DNA of 32,000 nucleotides from the NCBI RefSeq assembly GCF_000757865.1, contig NZ_CP007754.1, positions 150,001-182,000 on the forward strand. The letters are read 5' to 3'. A program made the translations under genes and the position numbers. Positions 9,719-17,386 of the stretch are shown piece after piece (position 1 is the first letter of the stretch; each line of letters begins with the position of its first letter). Under the pieces are notes generated by a model. That model ran no database searches. It was not told the DNA's origin and was given only the letters and a program-made list of their open reading frames with translations. The DNA comes from Prochlorococcus sp. MIT 0801 (GTDB lineage Bacteria; Cyanobacteriota; Cyanobacteriia; PCC-6307; Cyanobiaceae).

Positions 9719-10110
9719 TTAGGCTCCTAAACAAGAAAATGAATTTTTTATACTTCTCGGGTGGTTTGAAAAAATTAAATTGATCTTGAAGAATCATTTA
9801 TTTTTTAATATTAGTAAATTTTCAACAAAAAGTAATTAAAAAGATTTTTTTGAATCATCTTTTTTTATGAGTATTTTTAAAACTTGACCTTGAAAAGCAT
9901 TGTAATCATGGCAATTAAGCAATTTTAAAGATTTTTTTTTAAACTTTATTATTTGTATTCCGAAGACTGTTTGGTATGGGTATCTACTTGAATGTAAATT
10001 CATAGAAGGTTGAGCTGAAAACCAACTCAGTTTTATTAATTCTGATTTACTCAAACAATCCCACCAATCCCATAAATCAAGAGACGTCCTACCTGTCAAA
10101 GCCAAGGACA

Positions 10111-10770
10111 TTGCAATTTTGGGCTAGCACAATGGTTGTCCTGCCGGTTTTTGTTCAGGCTCCATGGGTTCATGTGTTCCCTTTCTCAGCTTTTTTATTT
10201 AGTTTCATAATTTTTTTTCTTGGATTTTATTTACTTAAATTTTGTAGTAATAGATGGTCCTCTATTGGTTCGCTATTGGTTGGTGTGAGTTGGAGCTGGT
10301 TAGGAGGATGTCTTTTTTGGGGATGGTTAAGAGCTCATCCTGTGTGGCATTTGCCTGTTGAGTCAATAGCTTTACCAATAGCAGTAAGCCTCTTACAGAC
10401 TCAATGGAAAATCGGGGCCAGTTTTTATTTGGCATCTCTATTAGGAACTGCTTTTACTGACGTAATGATTGTTTTAACTGGTGTCATGAAGGCTTGGCCT
10501 GAAGTTGTAGATGCGCCTTTTTCAGAAGCTTCCAAAATGTTGAGTTTCACTGCAGAACAATTATTAGAACCTTTTTCATTATTTGCCATTTTAATAGCGG
10601 CACTTTTAATAATTTTGATAGCAAACTGGATGCATCAAAAATCAAAAAGTGAGCCTTTGTCTTCTGATGCTTGGCTTGTATCAAGTTCAGCTTTGACAAC
10701 AACCTTGTGGGTTGATGGCTTATTTTTTGCGACCACATTGATTCAGCCTCAATTAAGTGGATTGATCTGA
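10111..10770 (+). CDS. polytopic membrane protein (DUF3120-like, recalled family)
   Basis: 219 aa with about 6 hydrophobic helices. The N-terminal VVLPVFVQAPWV motif resembles cyanobacterial DUF3120 proteins as I recall them. Start is TTG at 10111 or in-frame ATG at 10132. Confidence 0.62.
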   Translation: MQFWASTMVVLPVFVQAPWVHVFPFSAFLFSFIIFFLGFYLLKFCSNRWSSIGSLLVGVSWSWLGGCLFWGWLRAHPVWHLPVESIALPIAVSLLQTQWKIGASFYLASLLGTAFTDVMIVLTGVMKAWPEVVDAPFSEASKMLSFTAEQLLEPFSLFAILIAALLIILIANWMHQKSKSEPLSSDAWLVSSSALTTTLWVDGLFFATTLIQPQLSGLI

Positions 10771-10783
10771 AAACTAATCTTTT

Positions 10784-12484
10784 ATGGATTTAAATACTGG
10801 GTTTAATAAAAATGATATTTACTCAACTAATTGGGATGTAATTGTTATTGGAGCAGGAGCTGCAGGTTTGATGTCATCTCTTGAATTGCCATCAAATCTG
10901 AAAATTTTACTTTTAAACCGCAATACCAGTAAGCGTTCTTCCAGTAGATGGGCACAAGGAGGAATGGCTGCTGTTACTCGAATTGAAGATAGCGAGGATA
11001 TTCATGCTAATGACACAATCAAAGCTGGGGCAGGCCTTTGTGATTCAGAAGCAGTTCAGATGTTTGTTCATAGTGCTCCGAGATTGGTAGATAGACTTTT
11101 GAAACTAGGAATGGAATTTGATAGAACCTCTGGAAAATTATCTACAACTCTTGAAGCTGCTCACACTCATAGAAGAGTACTTCACGTAAAAGATAGAACT
11201 GGCAAGGCATTGGTTGATGTCCTTAATGAGCAAGTTGATCAAAGAAGTAATGTTCTGCATCAAAGAGGAATAAGAGTTACTCAGATTTGGGTTGAAAAAG
11301 GAAAATGTGGTGGGGTACAAGTTCTAGATGGACCAGCTTTGCGTTGGATCCAAGCAAAGGCAGTTGTTTTAGCTACTGGCGGCGGAGGCCATTTATTTGC
11401 CAATACTACAAATCCAACTCAAGCAGCAGGTGAGGGAATTGCTCTAGCGTGGAAAGCTGGGGCTTGCATAGAAGATCTCGAATTTTTTCAGTTTCACCCA
11501 ACTGCTCTGAAATTGGATAATGCGCCTTCGTTTTTGATTTCTGAAGCGGTAAGAGGAGAGGGTGCAGTTTTAGTGGATTCATTCGGCGAGAGTCCCGTAG
11601 CTCATCTTGAAGGGAAAGATCTTGCATCAAGAGATCAAGTCAGCAGGGCATTGTTTCAAGCGATGCAAAAGCAAAAAGTTGATCACATTGGTCTTGATGT
11701 TAAATCCATTTCTGTTGAGGATGTAGAAGCGCGCTTTCCGTCAATTTTCCAAAGGTGCAGAGAGCTTGGCTTAGAACCTTTAAAAGAAGCAATCCCCGTG
11801 GCTCCCTCTGCCCATTATTGGATGGGTGGTGTCGCTACAAACTTGAAAGCACAAACAAATGTCAAAGGACTTTTCGCGATTGGTGAGGTGGCATGTACTG
11901 GCCTGCATGGTGCCAACAGACTTGCAAGTAATTCATTAATGGAATGTTTGGTCTTTGCAAATCAAATGAGAAATATTGAATTAACTGATTTTATAACTTC
12001 CGATATTTCAGGAAATAATTTAAGTTTTAACAAATCAGATCTTCGCTTTTCTAAGGAGCAAGGAACTAGTTATTTATCAAAAGAAATTGAAAAACTTAGA
12101 CAATTATGCTGGCGTGAAGCTGGAGTTGATCGATCACGAAAAGGAATGAATTCTGCTCTTGTAAAAGTTAAACAAGATTATCAAAATCTTTTAAACGAGC
12201 CCTTATTAAATTTGGTTTTTTCTCAGTCAAAATATGAAATTCATGAATTCGAGGAACTTGCTAGGAGAGACCTTAATTTGCTACTTGATTTGAGTAATCG
12301 ACAAATGTCAAGTTTGCTTATGTTGGAAGCTTGTTTGTTTCGTGAAGAAAGTAGAGGAGGCCATTTTAGAGATGATTTCCCTACCTCAGTTCCTTTTTGG
12401 CAATGTCATACTAGACAAATGAAGGGAAAGAACATTCATACAAGACCCATTGTCGATAAAGCTGGCTTCCCTAAAAATCATTAG
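10784..12484 (+). CDS. nadB: L-aspartate oxidase
   Basis: FAD motif DVIVIGAGAAGL, plus SSRWAQGGMAA, FFQFHPTAL, SEAVRGEGA, HGANRLASNSLMEC and ESRGGHFR. These are the succinate dehydrogenase/fumarate reductase-type flavoprotein signatures, and the ORF has NadB length. Confidence 0.9.
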   Translation: MDLNTGFNKNDIYSTNWDVIVIGAGAAGLMSSLELPSNLKILLLNRNTSKRSSSRWAQGGMAAVTRIEDSEDIHANDTIKAGAGLCDSEAVQMFVHSAPRLVDRLLKLGMEFDRTSGKLSTTLEAAHTHRRVLHVKDRTGKALVDVLNEQVDQRSNVLHQRGIRVTQIWVEKGKCGGVQVLDGPALRWIQAKAVVLATGGGGHLFANTTNPTQAAGEGIALAWKAGACIEDLEFFQFHPTALKLDNAPSFLISEAVRGEGAVLVDSFGESPVAHLEGKDLASRDQVSRALFQAMQKQKVDHIGLDVKSISVEDVEARFPSIFQRCRELGLEPLKEAIPVAPSAHYWMGGVATNLKAQTNVKGLFAIGEVACTGLHGANRLASNSLMECLVFANQMRNIELTDFITSDISGNNLSFNKSDLRFSKEQGTSYLSKEIEKLRQLCWREAGVDRSRKGMNSALVKVKQDYQNLLNEPLLNLVFSQSKYEIHEFEELARRDLNLLLDLSNRQMSSLLMLEACLFREESRGGHFRDDFPTSVPFWQCHTRQMKGKNIHTRPIVDKAGFPKNH

Positions 12485-13412
12485 ATTCTTTGTAATTGGT
12501 AAGGTCAGCTAATTCTTCTAGGCTTTTCACTCCTGAATCAATTGAGCCATTAATTTCCCACGAGGGGAAACCAGTTATCCCTTTAGCTTCACAAAGTTCT
12601 CTTTTATTGTTAAAACCATCTTTTGCACACTCAACTAAATTTAATTTTTCTGCAGCTTCTTTCCCGAACATTTCTTTTTGATCATGACAATGTGGACACC
12701 AATATGCGTTATACATGACTGCTCCTTCTTTTGTTAAATGTTCAGCGAGTTTTATTTTGTCAGGAGAACTTATAGCTATTACCGCAGGTGGCATGCCTGA
12801 AATATTATTTGAAACTTCCTTGATAGCAGGATCAACTGATGATGACCATATTAGCCCTGCTAAAAGAACTGCTACTGACATAAGAAAACCTCTAAAAAAT
12901 AATTTACCATAATCTTCCCAACTGCCTCCAATTATATTTAATAATAGGACTGAAAGTGATATAAGAAAAGAAAGAAGACAGAAAAAACAGAAAGCTTTAA
13001 TTTTGAATATCATTACTGATATTAAAATTAAGCTGAAAATAAAAGTAGATGTAGATATATAAAAAGATCCCCACCATGCAACTTTTGAGATATTATTTTT
13101 TTGGTTTTTGAGAATAGGTATTAATGGGAATATTGCCATTAGTAATATTAATAAATAACTAATTAAACCTATTAATGATAATGGAATAGAGAAATTATTT
13201 GTTTGAAAGAAAGTCCCCCAAGGGCTATTTAAAACTTTATCGCAGCCTCCTAATCCACCTGGACAGTTTAAATTTCCTATAATCCCCCATTTATTTAGTG
13301 TTATAGATCCTGTATCTATAACACCAACTGTTGATAATATAGCTATTGCAACTCTCGCCCATTTGGAACCTAGATCTTGGCGTCTACGACTCTTTAGTCT
13401 TGAAGGTCCCAT
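12471..13412 (-). CDS. vitamin K epoxide reductase (VKOR) homologue fused to a thioredoxin-like domain
   Basis: Loop cysteine pair NCPGGLGGC and membrane-embedded CXXC (AFCFFCLLSF) sit in a 4-5 TM core. The C-terminal Trx-like domain carries WCPHC. This is the architecture known for cyanobacterial VKOR. Confidence 0.85.
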   Translation of the reverse strand: MGPSRLKSRRRQDLGSKWARVAIAILSTVGVIDTGSITLNKWGIIGNLNCPGGLGGCDKVLNSPWGTFFQTNNFSIPLSLIGLISYLLILLMAIFPLIPILKNQKNNISKVAWWGSFYISTSTFIFSLILISVMIFKIKAFCFFCLLSFLISLSVLLLNIIGGSWEDYGKLFFRGFLMSVAVLLAGLIWSSSVDPAIKEVSNNISGMPPAVIAISSPDKIKLAEHLTKEGAVMYNAYWCPHCHDQKEMFGKEAAEKLNLVECAKDGFNNKRELCEAKGITGFPSWEINGSIDSGVKSLEELADLTNYKESNDF

Positions 13413-13589
13413 GCAGGTGGATTTTTAATAATTGAATATTCTTTTATTCTAATGAAGAATTCCTTTTAAGTCTGAATAATTTAAATCAATTCTAATGTTC
13501 TTTATATTTTCAGAACCATACATATCTGACTGAGTATTAAATATAAACCTCTTTAACTAATCCAATACTAGTAATAGTGATTAATTTAT

Positions 13590-13682
13590 TCAGATTAATT
13601 TGATAGCTTTAAGGGCTTTTTGAATCAAGAATGCTGCAGAAAGGCCTGCTCCAACAAAAACTAAGTAAAAAAGAATTCCCAT
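13590..13682 (-). CDS. petL: cytochrome b6f complex subunit 6 (PetL), 30 aa
   Basis: Hand translation of the minus strand gives MGILFYLVFVGAGLSAAFLIQKALKAIKLI*. This is a single TM helix. It shares the FY(I/L)VF start and K(S/A)IKLI C-terminus with cyanobacterial PetL as I recall it (Mastigocladus MILGAVFYIVFIALFFGIAVGIIFAIKSIKLI). Too short for the supplied track. Confidence 0.7.
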   Translation of the reverse strand: MGILFYLVFVGAGLSAAFLIQKALKAIKLI

Positions 13683-13744
13683 TTGATTTAAATTTCTCCA
13701 CTAATAATAGAACATCAGTGCTTTATCGTTTGAATTTATTAATT

Positions 13745-14146
13745 TTAATCTTGAATATATTGTTTACCAGTGATCAGGCATTGCTCTGCTCGCTGTAGTT
13801 CACGACCAATGTAAATCGCATGATCTAAATGACTGATGGGGAATGAACCATTACCCTCGGAGATTTGAATACCTAATTGCTTGGCACTCTTCCCTCTATA
13901 AATATTGTTTGGTTGATTGCTACTTTTTGTTTTACACCCAATTGGTTCTCCAGACTTTGGATCAATAGCGCGACCTTTTTGATCGATATCATTTAAATAA
14001 TGTTCAAGTATTAACTCATTCGTTTTGGGTTCAATTTTTATTAAGAAATAACCTTTTGGGTCAAGCTCTATTTGCCGCTTGGATAATTTAGCGTCTATAA
14101 GCTTTATTGAGTTAATTAAGTCTGCTTGAAGATCTAGATTGTTCAT
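13745..14146 (-). CDS. conserved cyanobacterial protein (DUF4346-like, recalled family)
   Basis: 133 aa soluble protein. LDPKGYFLIKI near the N-terminus and HAIYIGRELQRAEQCLITGKQYIQD at the C-terminus match my recollection of the DUF4346 pattern. Family name not verified by search. Confidence 0.6.
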   Translation of the reverse strand: MNNLDLQADLINSIKLIDAKLSKRQIELDPKGYFLIKIEPKTNELILEHYLNDIDQKGRAIDPKSGEPIGCKTKSSNQPNNIYRGKSAKQLGIQISEGNGSFPISHLDHAIYIGRELQRAEQCLITGKQYIQD

Positions 14147-14227
14147 TTCTTTAATTTACAAATTAAAAAGAAGATACACAAGTCACTTATTCTGTAGTCA
14201 TTAAATTTTTAGATTTCCTGCAACAAA

Positions 14228-14494
14228 TTATCCTGAAATAAAACTTTTTAAGATTAAAAATATAAGCAGGTTAATAAAAATAAAAGATAAATAAACTATA
14301 CCTGGATTTTTCAGGCCTGCTGGTGCTGTTAGTTCATAGCCAAAAAGAGTAATAACACCTTGAGTCCCTTTATCTTTATAACTAAAAATCCCTTGAGCAA
14401 AGAAAGGTTTTTCTTCATTAGAATCGACTGTATCTTTCTCGGTGGAAAGTGACTTATTGGTCTCAGGAGAATCTAGTAAATTGTTATCTGTCAT
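14228..14494 (-). CDS. small tail-anchored membrane protein, hypothetical
   Basis: 88 aa. An acidic/Ser-Thr-rich N-terminus is followed by one C-terminal TM helix (IVYLSFIFINLLIFLILKSF). ATG start and no competing ORF. Confidence 0.5.
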   Translation of the reverse strand: MTDNNLLDSPETNKSLSTEKDTVDSNEEKPFFAQGIFSYKDKGTQGVITLFGYELTAPAGLKNPGIVYLSFIFINLLIFLILKSFISG

Positions 14495-14525
14495 TGAGAT
14501 TCAGTCTTTAATTTGTCTGAAGTTA

Positions 14526-15707
14526 CTATGTATTTGATAGTTTTGGCTCTTCAAACTTAAAAGGTACTTCATTATTTGTAGCGTTTATTTGATCAAGCAT
14601 TAACTTATTTGCTCTTGGTAGCCATTCTCTAATTAATGAATCCATAGGTAAGTTGTACCATCTATGAAGACTTGCATTGGGTTTAGCAATAAAACCTCTT
14701 CGTTTTTTGTGACTACCTCCTGCTCCAGGGTCAAAATATTTTATTTTATTTGCTATTGCCCACTCAATCGGGGAGTAATAACAAGCTTCAAAATGTAAAT
14801 TATCTATATTTTTTTCTGCACCCCAATATCGTCCCCAAAGCATATTTTCGTTTTTCACGCATAAGGACATTCCAATTGTTTTATCAATTCCTTCTTCTTT
14901 TGCGTCAAATAAAACAATATTTTCTTTGAGTTCTGTTGATCTAAGTTCAGTGAAAAATGATTCCGTGAGGTATTTACTTCCCCATACTCCCCATCTTGAA
15001 CAATGAAGCTGATAAAAATAATGCATTTTTTTTAAATTGATTACATTTATTTGAGACCCACTAAGAGCTTCAACTTTTACTCCACACTTTCTTATGCTTT
15101 CTCTTTCTCTCTTAATATTTCTACGTTGATTGGAATTGAATTTTTGTAAAAAATCAGAAAAACTTTTTTCTTCATTCAATGTCAACAGACTTTGTTGGTT
15201 GACCCACTTAGCGCAATTTAGAGATTCAGCTACATTCATCCATTTAGGATCTACATACAAAAAATTACAACTAAGAATTCCATTTTGTTTGGCAAAACTA
15301 TCAATTTCAGAGATTAATATTTGTGTGAGGTCTCTATCATTAACTCCTTCTGCAAAAAGAAAGCGATAACCTTCTATTGGACTTAATGGACTCATTCCTA
15401 TTAGCTTGGGATAATATTGAAGTCCCATATCTTGAGCTAGTTGAACAAAGGCATTATCAAAAATAAATTCTCCATAACTATGAGATTTAAGATAGAGAGG
15501 TGCACATGCAATTAAATCATTTTCACTCCACGCAGAGAGAAATAATGGTTGCCATCCATATTTTCTACTAACACTGTTTGATCTTTCTAATGCATTCAAC
15601 CAATCCCATTTATAAAAAGGAGTTGAATTTCCTTTTAAGAAATTATTCCAAATAATTTTCGGAATTTCTTGGATTGTGGCATGCCATTTGATTTTTATAT
15701 TGTTCAT
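14526..15707 (-). CDS. DUF482 / FemAB-like (GNAT-fold acyltransferase-related) protein
   Basis: 393 aa. WNNFL...TPFYKWDWLNALE at the N-terminus and FEACYYSPIEWAI....KYFDPGAGGSHK near the C-terminus resemble the PF04339 (DUF482/FemAB_like) family as I recall it. Confidence 0.68.
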   Translation of the reverse strand: MNNIKIKWHATIQEIPKIIWNNFLKGNSTPFYKWDWLNALERSNSVSRKYGWQPLFLSAWSENDLIACAPLYLKSHSYGEFIFDNAFVQLAQDMGLQYYPKLIGMSPLSPIEGYRFLFAEGVNDRDLTQILISEIDSFAKQNGILSCNFLYVDPKWMNVAESLNCAKWVNQQSLLTLNEEKSFSDFLQKFNSNQRRNIKRERESIRKCGVKVEALSGSQINVINLKKMHYFYQLHCSRWGVWGSKYLTESFFTELRSTELKENIVLFDAKEEGIDKTIGMSLCVKNENMLWGRYWGAEKNIDNLHFEACYYSPIEWAIANKIKYFDPGAGGSHKKRRGFIAKPNASLHRWYNLPMDSLIREWLPRANKLMLDQINATNNEVPFKFEEPKLSNT

Positions 15708-15729
15708 TTATTTTATACTCAATCTATAT

Positions 15730-16407
15730 TCAGGATAAATGATTTCTAAAGTATCTAATAAGTAATTCGTTATTACCTATCTTTTTACTTTCTTTTAGAA
15801 TCCAGCTATTCTTTTTATTCATGATTGTATTTAAGTTCCTTAATTCAGATGAAACCCAGCAGTAATCTCCTCCTATAAGATGAGGTGTAATTGTGATTTG
15901 TAATTCATCTATTAGATTCTCTAAAAGAAAAGCTGAAATAAGATTTGCACCTCCAAGTAATACAATTTTCGCAATTCCTTTCTGATACAAATCATCAAGA
16001 GAATCACGCCATGTGATTTTTAAATTTATTCTTTTATCGAATCCATCAGGAAGCATAATCTCATTTTTCTTATCTTGCATTTGGAGCAACCATCTTTGAA
16101 GAGGTTGTTGAAAAAAAAGCCAATTTCCTGGAAAATCTATTTGATTGCTTGCTATAAGAGCAATTGGCTGTTCGTTCTTGCCTTCTGAAGTTCTTTTTTT
16201 TAGTAAGCTTTTATTTTTAATTAAACAAATTGATTGATGATCTCTCAGTGTTTGCCCTCCCATTAAAATCCCATCTGACCAAGCAAGTGATTCTTCTAAA
16301 ACCAAACGATCACCAGATTGACCTAATTGAGTTTTCCCTCCTTCTGGATATGCGATACGTCCATCAATACTAGAAGCTAAAACTAATTTAACCCATTTTT
16401 TTTTCAA
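15730..16407 (-). CDS. RibD C-terminal-domain (DHFR-fold) reductase-like protein
   Basis: LVLASSIDGRIAYPEGG...SGDRLVLEESLAWSDGILMGGQTLRDH, and later VLLGGANLISAFLLENLIDELQITITPHLIGG, match the RibD_C pyrimidine-reductase pattern. No deaminase domain is present. TTG start at 16407 directly abuts the upstream stop codon. Confidence 0.75.
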   Translation of the reverse strand: MKKKWVKLVLASSIDGRIAYPEGGKTQLGQSGDRLVLEESLAWSDGILMGGQTLRDHQSICLIKNKSLLKKRTSEGKNEQPIALIASNQIDFPGNWLFFQQPLQRWLLQMQDKKNEIMLPDGFDKRINLKITWRDSLDDLYQKGIAKIVLLGGANLISAFLLENLIDELQITITPHLIGGDYCWVSSELRNLNTIMNKKNSWILKESKKIGNNELLIRYFRNHLS

Positions 16408-17334
16408 TTATCTCAGCAAACCAACCTGATTCTTAGAGTCTTTGGTATCGCTTGTTGATTCAGGTACGTTTGCATAAACTTCTGCAGCATTATTAGGACT
16501 TTCCTGTAGTTTTATCTTATATAAATTAGCCCCAATCGCATTAATTGGATTAGTTAATTTATCTGAAATGTGTAATGCAATATTTTCAGCTGTAGGTACA
16601 CAATTTGCAAAATAAGGAATGTCTTTATTTAAAAAGGTATGATCAAAAGGTTCTACAACTAAATCATTTATTAAACTATTTAATGCAGATAAATCACATA
16701 TCATTCCAGTTCTAGGATTAATCTTTCCTTTGACAGTTATATCTACTAAGTAATTGTGACCATGTCCATTAGGTCGAGCACATTTTCCGAATATTTTTTC
16801 GTTTTCGGTTTGAGGTAGGTCTTCTCTGGCTAAGCGATGAGCGGCTGAGAAGTGTGTTTGAACTGTTAAATAAGCATCCATAGCATTTCCTTGATAGTCA
16901 GCCCAGAGTTTTGGGTTTTCGTAAAGACGAAGAGATTTTAGGGGTAAGTGAGATTTAAGGCGCTCCCATATAATACGAACTAAACTTTCAGTTGTGGGCA
17001 AGCAACCTTCGGGTTTAGAAAGGTCAAACTCAGGCCATGTGTCATTTAAAAAACGAAAGTCAAGCTGACTTGTTACTTCATTTTTTATGGCATGTTTTAC
17101 ATCTGAAAGGTTTAAGACCATGCCATATTTATTAAGATCTCCTTCCATGGTTACGATTAACTCGTAATTATGTCCGTGGCCAGGAGCTATTGAGCATGGG
17201 CCAAACAAAGCTGAATTATCATCATCAGATAATTCAGGAAGCCTATAAAGGTGGCTTGCGCTAAAGCAGGCTCGCCTTGTGATTACACAGGTTCTCCCCT
17301 CTCCGTGAGGGAAATTCGATGTGATTGCTTCCAT
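16408..17334 (-). CDS. tandem-duplicated 6-pyruvoyl-tetrahydropterin synthase (COG0720 / T-fold) protein
   Basis: Two full PTPS repeats, each alignable by eye to human PTPS. Repeat 1: FSASH...GPCSIAPGHGHNYELIVT...LDFRFLND...LYENP. Repeat 2: FSAAH...GKCARPNGHGHNYLVDITV...FDHTFLNKDIPYFANCVPTAENIA...LQESP. Confidence 0.85.
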   Translation of the reverse strand: MEAITSNFPHGEGRTCVITRRACFSASHLYRLPELSDDDNSALFGPCSIAPGHGHNYELIVTMEGDLNKYGMVLNLSDVKHAIKNEVTSQLDFRFLNDTWPEFDLSKPEGCLPTTESLVRIIWERLKSHLPLKSLRLYENPKLWADYQGNAMDAYLTVQTHFSAAHRLAREDLPQTENEKIFGKCARPNGHGHNYLVDITVKGKINPRTGMICDLSALNSLINDLVVEPFDHTFLNKDIPYFANCVPTAENIALHISDKLTNPINAIGANLYKIKLQESPNNAAEVYANVPESTSDTKDSKNQVGLLR

Positions 17335-17386
17335 AAATTTTTCACATCAACATACATCTTAATAACTTTTAGTTACTTCTGTCTTT

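Noticed and set aside
10547-11630. Track ORFs 10547..10738 (-), 11138..11320 (-), 11406..11630 (-)
   Set aside because: Antisense to the DUF3120-like gene and nadB. The nadB frame is validated by multiple flavoprotein motifs.
12496-12912. Track ORFs 12496..12681 (+) and 12715..12912 (+)
   Set aside because: Antisense within the VKOR-Trx gene, whose cysteine motifs validate the minus frame.
15130-15369. Track ORF 15130..15369 (+)
   Set aside because: Antisense within the DUF482/FemAB-like gene. No motif.
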